Shown: in pieces, positions 25,148 through 33,690 of the stretch
Layout: every line of letters starts with the position of its first letter
Numbering within the stretch: the first letter of the stretch is position 1
NCBI GenBank assembly: GCA_035264765.1
Contig: DATFPQ010000268.1
Location: forward strand, 923 to 64,922
Direction: 5' to 3'
Length of the DNA stretch: 64,000 nt
From: Actinomycetales bacterium
GTDB taxonomy: Bacteria > Actinomycetota > Actinomycetes > Actinomycetales > Angustibacteraceae
Position numbers and translations under genes: made by a program
Notes under the pieces: model-generated
The model's input: the letters and a program-made list of their open reading frames with translations, nothing else
Database searches by the model: none
Told to the model about the DNA's origin: nothing

Positions 25148-27580
25148 GTGATCGAGACGGGTAACTACGTTCGGTTCCACCACGTCGACTCGGTCGTGGA
25201 GACGGCGGAAGGGCTGTTGGCGGAGCTCCACGGCGAACGGCTACGGATCGACCTGCTCCGCGACGACCTGCTCCGGGTCAAGATCAGCCGTTGCGGGACG
25301 TTCGACGAGTCGCCCACTTTCGCGGTGTGCGTGGAACCGTTGTCGGAGCAGGTCGGGTTTTCGGTGGAACGGGCCAGCGACGTGGTACGACTGCGGACCT
25401 CGGCACTCGTCGTCTCGCTGTGGCTGGACCCGTTCCGGCTCGACGTGCATCGCGTTGATGGCACCCCGGTTGTCGAGACGGCGTCGGACTCCGATGGGCG
25501 CTACTGGGCCTACGCCACCTTGAACGACGCGTTCGTTGTCAGACGGCGCTGCCGTCAGGAGGACGCGATCTATGGCCTGGGTGAGAAGTCGGGCCCGCAC
25601 AACCGCAAGGGTCGCGAGTTCACGCTGTGGAACACGGACGTGCTGGACCCAGCGGCCACCGCGGAGTTCCGGGCAGGCAGGTCGCCGGACGACCCACGGT
25701 CGGACGCGACCAGCCCGGAGTTCGACCCGTACTACGTGTCGATCCCCTTCTTCTACCACCAGACCTATCCGGTCGGCTCCGTGGCGGCGTCCTTCCTCGA
25801 CAACGGCTACCGAGCCAGCTACGACTTCTCGGAGCCGGACGAGTACCGCATGCACTTCGCCGGCGGCCAGTACACCGAGTACATCTTCGCCGGGCCGGAC
25901 ATGCCCCACATCCTGGGCCAGTACACCTGGCTGACCGGACGCACCGCCCCGCCGCCACTGTGGGCGCTGGGGTACCACCAATGCCGTTGGTTCCTCTACA
26001 CGCAGGAGGCGGTCGAGGAGATCGCGGCCCGGCACAGGGAACAGAAGATCCCCTGCGACGCGGTGTGGCTGGACATCGAGTACATGGACGGCTATCGAGT
26101 GTTCACCTGGAACACCGATGCCTTCCCAGATCCTGGCGGCATGCTGGAACGACTCGGCAACAACGGCTTCCGGGTGATCACCATCATCGATCCCGGAGTG
26201 AAGCACAACCCTGGCTACTGGGTGTTCGACCAGGCGCTCGAACGGGATGTGCTGTGCAAGACCGAGGGCGGCGACGTCTACATCGGCCAGGTCTGGCCCG
26301 GCAACACCGCCTTCCCTGACTTCGTCACCGAGGAGGCTCGCACCTGGTGGGGCGAGCTCAACGCCGCGCACGTCCAGTCCGGGCTGGCCGGCATCTGGAA
26401 CGACATGAACGAGCCCGCCACCGGGGTCATCGCACCGAACGCCATGCGGTTCGGGAAGGGGCAGTACTCCCACGATCGTTACCACAACCAGTACGCACTG
26501 CTCATGGCGATGGGAACGACCGCCGGTCTCCTGGACGCCATGCCCGACCGGCGTACCTTCGTTCTTTCCCGGGCGGGGTTCGCAGGCATCCAGCGGTACG
26601 CGGCGAACTGGATGGGTGACAACCTGTCCCGCTGGGACCACCTGTGGCTCAGCGTGCCGATGGCCATGGGCTTCGGCATCTCCGGGCAGGCCTTCGTCGG
26701 CGCCGACATCGGTGGATTCCACGGCGACACCCATGCCGAGCTGTTCCTGCGCTGGATGCAGTACGGCACGTTGACCCCCCTCTGCCGCAACCACTCCGAG
26801 ATCGGCAACGTCGACCAGTACGCCTGGGCCTTCGGGGACGTTCTCCAGGATCTGGTGCGCCGGGCGCTCGAGCTCCGGTACCAGCTTCTGCCCTACCTCT
26901 ACGCGACGTTTCTGCGCGCGTCCGAGACCGGCGCTCCCGTGCAGCGCCCTCTCGTCTTCGACTACCAGTACGACGCCACGGTGCGCGACATCGACGACGA
27001 GTACCTGCTCGGGCCGGACCTTCTCATCGCACCGGTGCTTGCCCCAGGAGTGACGGCTCGCCAGGTGTATCTGCCAGCGGGCAGCTGGTACGACTGGCAC
27101 ACCGATAAGTTGCTAGAAGGCAACCAATTCGCGCTGGCCCCAACCCCGATGGACCGCATCCCGCTCTACGCGCGAGGGGGTGCCGTCATCCCCATGTGGG
27201 CGGAAGCGCCCCCCTCCACGGCGGGCTACCACCCTTCGGCAGTCGAGCTGCACCTCTTCGTTCCCGCCGCCGACGGAACCCACGAATCCCTGCTGCAGGA
27301 GGACGACGGCCTCACCTTCGCGGCGCGCGATGGCGTCCGGTACCGCACGACGTTGGAAGTGACCCGCAGCGGCGACCGAGTGAGTCTCCGGGGATCGGTG
27401 GACGGCGACGGCTACCCCGAGTTCGCCCGGGAGGCCTTCCACCTGGTGATCCACGGAGCCGCGCCGGAGACAGTGCGGCACGATGGAGCTGAGTTGCGGG
27501 CGACCGGCCAGCACTTCGTGCTGTCCAACTCCGGTACGGGCTTCACCGTCGAGTTCACCACTAGCCCAGACGTTTGGTGA
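25148..27580 (+). CDS. GH31 alpha-glucosidase
   Basis: ORF track; GTG after AAGGAGGA. WALGYHQCRW...DAVWLDIEYMDGYRVFTW...GIWNDMNEP...RAGFAGIQRYAANWMGDN are GH31 signature blocks that include the catalytic Asp regions. Confidence 0.9.
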   Translation: MIETGNYVRFHHVDSVVETAEGLLAELHGERLRIDLLRDDLLRVKISRCGTFDESPTFAVCVEPLSEQVGFSVERASDVVRLRTSALVVSLWLDPFRLDVHRVDGTPVVETASDSDGRYWAYATLNDAFVVRRRCRQEDAIYGLGEKSGPHNRKGREFTLWNTDVLDPAATAEFRAGRSPDDPRSDATSPEFDPYYVSIPFFYHQTYPVGSVAASFLDNGYRASYDFSEPDEYRMHFAGGQYTEYIFAGPDMPHILGQYTWLTGRTAPPPLWALGYHQCRWFLYTQEAVEEIAARHREQKIPCDAVWLDIEYMDGYRVFTWNTDAFPDPGGMLERLGNNGFRVITIIDPGVKHNPGYWVFDQALERDVLCKTEGGDVYIGQVWPGNTAFPDFVTEEARTWWGELNAAHVQSGLAGIWNDMNEPATGVIAPNAMRFGKGQYSHDRYHNQYALLMAMGTTAGLLDAMPDRRTFVLSRAGFAGIQRYAANWMGDNLSRWDHLWLSVPMAMGFGISGQAFVGADIGGFHGDTHAELFLRWMQYGTLTPLCRNHSEIGNVDQYAWAFGDVLQDLVRRALELRYQLLPYLYATFLRASETGAPVQRPLVFDYQYDATVRDIDDEYLLGPDLLIAPVLAPGVTARQVYLPAGSWYDWHTDKLLEGNQFALAPTPMDRIPLYARGGAVIPMWAEAPPSTAGYHPSAVELHLFVPAADGTHESLLQEDDGLTFAARDGVRYRTTLEVTRSGDRVSLRGSVDGDGYPEFAREAFHLVIHGAAPETVRHDGAELRATGQHFVLSNSGTGFTVEFTTSPDVW

Positions 27581-27603
27581 TGTTGCGCGCGCCACGGCGC
27601 TCC

Positions 27604-28335
27604 TCAGTCGCTGGGCAGGACGGACTCGAGGAGGTGGCCGTTGGCCCGCGCCAGGTCCTCCTCATCGTCGATCTCGACGGCGAGCAGCCCCGAGATGTCC
27701 AGTGGCCGAACCAGCATCCCGGACTCGGCGATGGCCGTCTCGAGGCCACGCTCGAAGTAGTCCTGCGGCCCGCAGGCGCGGAGGTGCTCGGTGAGCACCG
27801 CGCGGTCCGCTGCGCTGACGAAGTTGATGCCCACGGCCTCGCCGAGTCCGCCGACCACGATCTTGGAGAGCTCGCGGATGAAACCGTCGGGATCGAGGCT
27901 GTACTTCACCTCCTCCTCCGCCACCGCCGCGGTGTTGACCCACACCAGCGTTTGCTGCTCGCGCATGTGCGGCCGCCCCCGGTCGAGGACGCCGGTGTCG
28001 AAGACGACGTCGCCGTTCAACCAGAGCACGCCGCCGGCAGGGATCTGGGTCAGCGCCGCTAGCAGGCTCTTGGCGGTGTTGGTCACGGCGAAGTCGCGGT
28101 TGTGGACGAAGCCCACGCCGTGGGGAGCGGCCACCATCACTGTCTCGGCCATGAAGCCGACCACGACGGTGATAGGCACTCGTGGCCCCAGCGAGGCGCG
28201 CACCGCACACACCTGCCGCTCGAGGATCGTCCGGCCGTCGTCCAGCCTCGTCAGCGGCTTGGGCAGCGGTCGGCCCAGCCTGCTGCCTAGGCCTGCGGCC
28301 AGGATGACCACCTGCACCGTGTCACGTCCGCTCAC
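27604..28335 (-). CDS. Sugar/alditol-phosphate nucleotidyl(cytidylyl)transferase (MobA-like NTP-transferase fold)
   Basis: ORF track. VVILAAGLGSRLGRPLPKPLT is the G-rich NTP-binding loop. Divergent from the TagF-like gene. Confidence 0.75.
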   Translation of the reverse strand: MSGRDTVQVVILAAGLGSRLGRPLPKPLTRLDDGRTILERQVCAVRASLGPRVPITVVVGFMAETVMVAAPHGVGFVHNRDFAVTNTAKSLLAALTQIPAGGVLWLNGDVVFDTGVLDRGRPHMREQQTLVWVNTAAVAEEEVKYSLDPDGFIRELSKIVVGGLGEAVGINFVSAADRAVLTEHLRACGPQDYFERGLETAIAESGMLVRPLDISGLLAVEIDDEEDLARANGHLLESVLPSD

Positions 28336-28463
28336 GAGCCTCCCCTATCGTCCCCGCGTTTGTACCCGCCGTCCGCGCGCTTGAACCTTTCTTGACCGTC
28401 TAGCCTGGCCGAACCGACGCGCGGGGCCGTCGCGCTGTCGCCGGAGTGGGGAGTCAAGGTCGC

Positions 28464-29534
28464 GTGAAGATCGTCTACAACAGCTTCAATGGCCGATACT
28501 CCGACAGCCCCCGGGCCATCCATGAGGCCGCGCTCGCCCGCGGGGACGCTCACGAGCACGTGTGGCTCGTCGATCCGGTGTTCACCGGTGAGTTCCCGGC
28601 GGGCACGGTCACCATCCCCATCTACACGTCCGAAGCGGTGGCCGCACTGGAGTGCGCCGACCTCATCGTCTCCAACAGCCACCTGGAGATGGACTGGCGA
28701 AAACGACCTCCGGCCACCTACGTGCAGACCTGGCACGGCACGCCACTGAAGCGCATCCACGCGGACGTCCTCTGGGGTCCGGAGGGGCTGCTCGAGCACT
28801 TGTCCTTGGACGTGGACCGCTGGGACGCCCTGCTCTCCCCCAATGGTTACAGCACGACGACCTTTCGCCAGGCCTTCCGCTGGTCCGGCGAGATCCTTGA
28901 GACGGGTTATCCCCGCAACGACGTGCTGGTCTCCCCGCAGGCCGGCGAGATCCGGGCGAGCGTCCGCCGCCAGCTCGGAATCGAGGACGGGCGGACGGCG
29001 GTGCTCTACACACCGACCTGGCGGGACGACGCTTTCTGGGCCGGGAGCCTGGACGACGAACCGCTCGAGCTCGACGTCGACCGCTTCCTGGCCGAGCTTG
29101 GAGACGACCACGTCCTGCTGCTCCGGCTGCACTACAAGCTCACCGGACGGCTGCGGCCCCGTTCTCACCCAGCCGTCCGTGACGTTTCCAGCGTGGCCGA
29201 TGTCTCGCACCTGTACCTGGCGGCCGATGCCCTGGTCACGGACTACTCCTCGACCATGTTCGACTTCGCAGTCACCGGCAAACCGCTCGTGTTCTTCGCT
29301 TACGACCTCGCCAAGTACCGCGATGAGCTCCGCGGGTTCTACTTCGACCTGTCAGCCGACCCACCCGGTCCACTGGTTACGACGACCGAGGACCTGGTGC
29401 GGGCGCTGCGCGACATCGATACGGTGACGTCACGCCATGCGGGTGCCTACGCCCGTTTCCGGCAGCGGTTCTGCCACCTCGACGACGGCCGTGCCACCGA
29501 GCGCTTCCTCCAGCGGTTCCTTCCGTCTGAGTAG
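28464..29534 (+). CDS. CDP-glycerol glycerophosphotransferase (TagB/TagF family)
   Basis: ORF 28446..29534, start taken at the second GTG (VKIVYNSFNGRYSDSPRAI). YVQTWHGTPLKRI...GYPRND...LYTPTWRDD...DYSSTMFDFAVTGKPLVFFAYDL. Confidence 0.85.
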   Translation: MKIVYNSFNGRYSDSPRAIHEAALARGDAHEHVWLVDPVFTGEFPAGTVTIPIYTSEAVAALECADLIVSNSHLEMDWRKRPPATYVQTWHGTPLKRIHADVLWGPEGLLEHLSLDVDRWDALLSPNGYSTTTFRQAFRWSGEILETGYPRNDVLVSPQAGEIRASVRRQLGIEDGRTAVLYTPTWRDDAFWAGSLDDEPLELDVDRFLAELGDDHVLLLRLHYKLTGRLRPRSHPAVRDVSSVADVSHLYLAADALVTDYSSTMFDFAVTGKPLVFFAYDLAKYRDELRGFYFDLSADPPGPLVTTTEDLVRALRDIDTVTSRHAGAYARFRQRFCHLDDGRATERFLQRFLPSE

Positions 29535-29644
29535 CCGCCGTCGGTGTCCCGCGCTGCGGACTTGGTACGACCCACCCTCATAGCGCTTCCCCGGACGCTC
29601 CGTGCACCCTGGAGCTGCGCTCGACGGAGTACTAGACAGGACCC

Positions 29645-30004
29645 GTGCGCCTTCGCCATCTCGGACTACCCGTACGGAACCGCGAACGAAGCCTGCGGTT
29701 CTACACCGCCTACTTCGGGTTCGACCCCTCCACGGCCCAGACCTATCCCGACGGCACGGTCATTGTGCGCAACGCCGATCGGTTCGACCTGGCGCTGCAC
29801 CCGACGACAGAGGTCTCGACACCGCCAGGGTTCCTGCATTTCGGGTTCGCCGCGTCCGACGCCGAGTCGGTTCACGCCCTCGGCACTCGGCTGGAGGCTG
29901 ACGGCGTGCCGATCGTCGAGCGGGACGACGAGCCGCAACTCGTCTCCTTCAAGTGCGTGGACCCCGACGGGTGGCGAGTAGAGGTGTACTGGGAGCCGTC
30001 GTGA
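29645..30004 (+). CDS. VOC/glyoxalase family protein
   Basis: ORF track. LRHLGLPVRNRERSLRFYTAYFGF...FLHFGF...FKCVDPDGWRVEVY. Confidence 0.75.
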   Translation: MRLRHLGLPVRNRERSLRFYTAYFGFDPSTAQTYPDGTVIVRNADRFDLALHPTTEVSTPPGFLHFGFAASDAESVHALGTRLEADGVPIVERDDEPQLVSFKCVDPDGWRVEVYWEPS

Positions 30005-30127
30005 TGGGTCATCGGCACGCAGCTCGGCCCCTCCCGCGTCCCCATCCGCCGTGCGGGCACATCCGGGCCACCGCACGTCGGGACACGTCCGCTGGCCGGT
30101 CACGGCGTCCCGCGTAGTCTGGTCGGG

Positions 30128-31591
30128 GTGAGCGTCGCACCCGCAACGACCGTCCCCATCAGCGGGCTGTTCGCCCACGACCTTGCCGAGATGGCAATAC
30201 CGTGGCAGGCGGAGAAGGTTCCCGACCCGCGGCTGATCGTGCTGAACGAGCCGCTAGCCACCGAGCTCGGCCTCGACCCCGCTTGGCTGCGCGGCCCCGA
30301 AGGGGTGCGCCTGCTGGTCGGCGACCTCGTGCCGCAGGGTGCCACTCCGGTGGCGCAGGGCTACGCCGGACACCAGTTCGGGTCCTTCGTCCCGCGCCTG
30401 GGCGATGGGCGCGCGCTCTTGCTGGGTGAGCTGACCGCAGCCGACGGCAACCTACGGGACCTCCACCTGAAGGGCTCTGGGCGGACGCCGTTCGCGCGGG
30501 GGGGCGACGGTCTCGCCGCGGTGGGCCCGATGCTGCGTGAGTACGTCGTCAGCGAGGCGATGCACGTGCTTGGCATCCCCACGACCCGCTCGCTCGCCGT
30601 GGTGGCGACAGGCCGCTCGGTGCGTCGCGAGACCGTGCTGCCAGGAGCTGTGCTCGTCCGGGTCGCGAGCAGCCATCTGCGCGTGGGTAGCTTCCAGTAC
30701 GCCCGCGCCAGAGGCGACGTCAACCTCCTGCGCCGGCTTGCCGACCATGCGATCGCCCGCCATCACGCCGCAGCGGTGGACGCTGACAACCCTTACCTCG
30801 CACTGTTCGCCGCGGTGGTGGCGGCCCAAGCCTCGCTCGTGGCCCAGTGGATGCTGGTCGGGTTCGTCCACGGTGTCATGAACACCGACAACATGACGAT
30901 CTCCGGTGAGACCATCGACTACGGCCCGTGCGCGTTCATGGAGGCCTTTGACCCGGCAACCGTCTACAGCTCCATCGACCACGGAGGACGTTACGCGTAC
31001 GGCAACCAACCGGTCGTCGCGGAGTGGAACCTAGCCCGACTCGCGGAGGCACTGCTCCCCCTGTTCAACAGCGACGAGGAGCAGGCGGTCGCTCTCGCGG
31101 TGGAGTCCCTCGGAGCCTTCCGCCGGACGTACGGCGCCGCCTGGTCGGCCGGGATGCGCGCCAAGCTCGGCCTGTCCGATGGCTCCGACGAAGCGGCCGC
31201 CTCCTCGGTCGTCGACGATCTGCTCACCCTGCTGCAGGAGAGCCGCGTCGACCACACGTCCTTCTTCCGCAACCTCAGCGCGGCCGCCCGCGGCAACCCG
31301 CAGCCCGCTCGCGGCGTGTTCATCGACGTAGCGGCGTTCGACGCCTGGGCCGACCGCTGGCGTGCCCTGGGCCCGGACGCCGACCTGATGGAACGGGTCA
31401 ACCCCGTCTACATACCCCGGAACCACCTCGTCGAGGAGGCCCTGGCCGCCGCGACGGAGGGTGACCTGGACCCGCTCGGTCGCCTGCTGGACGCCGTAGC
31501 GCGGCCCTTCGAGGAGCGCCCCGGCCTCGAGCGCTACGCCGCACCCGCTCCTCTCGACTTCGGCGCCTACCGCACCTTCTGCGGTACCTGA
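30128..31591 (+). CDS. selO: Protein adenylyltransferase SelO (YdiU)
   Basis: ORF track. [24 protein letters not shown]...[17 protein letters not shown]...[21 protein letters not shown]...[23 protein letters not shown]. Confidence 0.9.
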   Translation: MSVAPATTVPISGLFAHDLAEMAIPWQAEKVPDPRLIVLNEPLATELGLDPAWLRGPEGVRLLVGDLVPQGATPVAQGYAGHQFGSFVPRLGDGRALLLGELTAADGNLRDLHLKGSGRTPFARGGDGLAAVGPMLREYVVSEAMHVLGIPTTRSLAVVATGRSVRRETVLPGAVLVRVASSHLRVGSFQYARARGDVNLLRRLADHAIARHHAAAVDADNPYLALFAAVVAAQASLVAQWMLVGFVHGVMNTDNMTISGETIDYGPCAFMEAFDPATVYSSIDHGGRYAYGNQPVVAEWNLARLAEALLPLFNSDEEQAVALAVESLGAFRRTYGAAWSAGMRAKLGLSDGSDEAAASSVVDDLLTLLQESRVDHTSFFRNLSAAARGNPQPARGVFIDVAAFDAWADRWRALGPDADLMERVNPVYIPRNHLVEEALAAATEGDLDPLGRLLDAVARPFEERPGLERYAAPAPLDFGAYRTFCGT

Positions 31592-31921
31592 GGCTCGCGC
31601 CGCCGTCCCCGAGCGCCGTCGTCGAGGATCTCGTCCTCGGTGAGAGCACGTCGAGCCGCGACGCCCGGGCATGGATGGCGGGGACCTGCGGCCGTCAGGC
31701 CTTGACTTGGGTTGCACACGGTAAGACGCTCGCTATACGTGATACAAATTTTGCAGCGCGTTTAGGGAGCACGTCGCAGGGGAACCGCGGGCATGAGGCA
31801 TGGCGGGCCTGGCACCACCGGCGGGCCGTTTGCGGACGGCGCCCCGAGGGTTTTGCGTGGCAGCGCCGGTGCTGCCCTCAGGTTGCCGCCGGCCCCCTCG
31901 ACTCCCTCTTGACGGGAGCAC

Positions 31922-32860
31922 GTGATGACACAGCCCGCGCACATCGACACCGAGCATGAGCGCCCGAGCCTTCTCCAACGCCATCCGGTCGGGACGTTCT
32001 TCGCCTTGACCTACGCCACGGCGTGGGTCCTGTGGCTACCACTGGTCATCCTCCAGGACCGAATGCCGGCAGGTCCCGGCCTGCTCCTTGCGGTGTTGGG
32101 ATCACTCATGCCCTCGACCCTGGCGATCCTGCTGGTATGGCGGCTACAGGGCCGCGGCGAGGTGCGGCGGCTGCTGCGCCGGCTGCTGATGGCGCGCGTC
32201 AGTGTCGGCTGGTACGCCGCGATCGTTGCCCTGGCTGCGCTGATGGTGTTCGCCGTCTGGGTAAGCACCATGTTCGGCGCCCCCACGCCGGTCGTGGCCG
32301 TGACAGTGCCTGGGCTGCTGTCGTTGTTCCTGTTCTCGGTCTTCCCTGGCAGCGCTACGGGCGAGGAGCTCGGGTGGCGCGGCTTCGCCCTCCCACGGTT
32401 GCAGGCCCGGCACAGCGCGCTTGCCGCCAGCCTGGTCGTCGGCAGCGTCTGGGGGACCTACCACTTTCCGTTGTTCCTCCTCGGCGCTCCCATCCGGCCG
32501 TTCTCGCTGTTCTTCCCGTTCGCGCTCAGCTGCGTGATCATGTCCGTCTTCTACACGTGGATGTACAACGGCACCCGCGGCAGCCTGTTCATCGCCGTCC
32601 TTCTGCACGCCGCCACGAACCTGCCGCTGACCGTCGTGTACGCCCCGCTTGAACGGCGTGTCCTCCCCGCCTACTGGATCTTCGTCGGGATGCTGGCCCT
32701 GGCCGCCGCAGCCCTGATCGCTCGAGCCGGAACCGCGACGCTGTCTCGTAGCCATCCCAAGCAGACCGTCGAAGGGGTGACCGGGACCGAGCCCCGAAAC
32801 TCTGACCGGTCGACGCCGGCGTGGCCGGAACCGGCGGCACCGAGCGCCCCACGGGTGTAG
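31922..32860 (+). CDS. CPBP-family intramembrane glutamic endopeptidase (CAAX protease/Abi)
   Basis: ORF track. GEELGWRGFALPRL (motif 1 EExxxR), FHFP-type (YHFPLF) and LLHAATN (motif 3). Multi-TM. Confidence 0.8.
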   Translation: MMTQPAHIDTEHERPSLLQRHPVGTFFALTYATAWVLWLPLVILQDRMPAGPGLLLAVLGSLMPSTLAILLVWRLQGRGEVRRLLRRLLMARVSVGWYAAIVALAALMVFAVWVSTMFGAPTPVVAVTVPGLLSLFLFSVFPGSATGEELGWRGFALPRLQARHSALAASLVVGSVWGTYHFPLFLLGAPIRPFSLFFPFALSCVIMSVFYTWMYNGTRGSLFIAVLLHAATNLPLTVVYAPLERRVLPAYWIFVGMLALAAAALIARAGTATLSRSHPKQTVEGVTGTEPRNSDRSTPAWPEPAAPSAPRV

Positions 32861-32910
32861 CTCCACCCCCTTGGTACCGAGCCGACCACCGCCCAGCGAG
32901 TCGCGGTGGC

Positions 32911-33072
32911 GGCAAGCGAGCCCAGCCCCCCGTAGGCCGGCTCCGGTGGCGCCCGCCCCAGCCGGCACCGCGCTGGGCCGACGTCCGCAACGCCACGACG
33001 TTCGGCTCGAACTGCGCGCAGCTGGCGACCCCGTTCGGCCTGCCGAGCATGGCCGAGGACTGTCTCTACCCT
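32911..33072 (+). pseudogene. N-terminal fragment of a type-B carboxylesterase
   Basis: In ORF 32821..33462, AQPPVGRLRWRPPQPAPRWADVRNATTFGSNCAQLATPFGLPSMAEDCLYPECV aligns with the PPVG..RW..P.P...W..V.DAT.FG..C.Q......SEDCLY.NV block of PnbA-like esterases. The similarity stops abruptly. No catalytic domain follows. Confidence 0.6.
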
Positions 33073-33076
33073 GAAT

Positions 33077-33631
33077 GTGTCGGTGGGGATGGACGCCCTC
33101 CCGGGGGCCAACGATCGGCACGGAGGGAACTCGAGCGAGCCGGACTTCTCGGACGACCGGCGGCTCGTCGCCTTCTCGTCGACGGCGACCAACCTTGGTG
33201 CTGCAGGACACCAACGGAGTCTTCGACGTGTTCGTCGGCGACGTTGTTGCCGGTGTCACGCGCCGGGTATCGGTTGATCCCCAAGAGCAGCAGACGCAGC
33301 AACCGACGACCGCGCTTGCAGGGCCAGCCGGCGTCCTTCGAACCCGCCATCTCGGTGACGGCCGGTACGTCGCGTTCACCTGCAATGGACGAACCTGGTC
33401 GCCAACGACCACAACAACTGCTGCGAGGGCCTCTCCTGCGCCTCGAAGCTCGTACCCGGTGACAGCGAAGACACGCCCGACGTCTTCGTGCGTGACGTAC
33501 GCCGCGGAACAACGACGCGCCTGTCGGTGAGCTCCCGTGGAAAGCCGGCGCCCTACCAGGGTCAGGGCCGCACGTGCGGCCTGTCGCGTACGGTCGACTT
33601 CCCCTGGCATACCGGTACGTTTTGCCGATGA
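33077..33631 (+). pseudogene. Frameshifted internal fragment of a PD40/TolB-like beta-propeller repeat protein
   Basis: Repeat units of the type S..P.IS.DGRYVAF.S.A.NLV..DTNG..DVFVRD appear successively in different frames: GNSSEPDFSDDRRLVAFSSTATNL (frame of 33077), DTNGVFDVFVGDVVAGVTRRVSV...GDGRYVAFT (frame of 33075), and NLVANDHNN...DTPDVFVRDVRRGTTTRLSV (frame of 33077 again, stop at 33629-33631). Confidence 0.55.
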
Positions 33632-33690
33632 GGTCGACGTACGCCGACAGAGCTCGCCAGCGGATCCGTCCCAGTTCCGGGAGGCTTCTC

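Noticed and set aside
25241-27100. 619-aa minus-strand ORF
   Set aside because: It is antisense to the GH31 glucosidase.
31760-31915. Guanidine (ykkC / mini-ykkC) or c-di-GMP riboswitch in the CPBP leader
   Set aside because: UAGGG and ACGG-like fragments are present, but the conserved GGUCCGAGAG, ACGR tetraloop hairpins and ACGCAAAGC blocks are absent. It is kept only as an unclassified leader.
32144-33610. 488-aa minus-strand ORF across the CPBP gene and the graveyard region
   Set aside because: It has low-complexity Arg/Gly/Pro composition and is antisense to the CPBP gene and to the recognisable plus-strand fragments.
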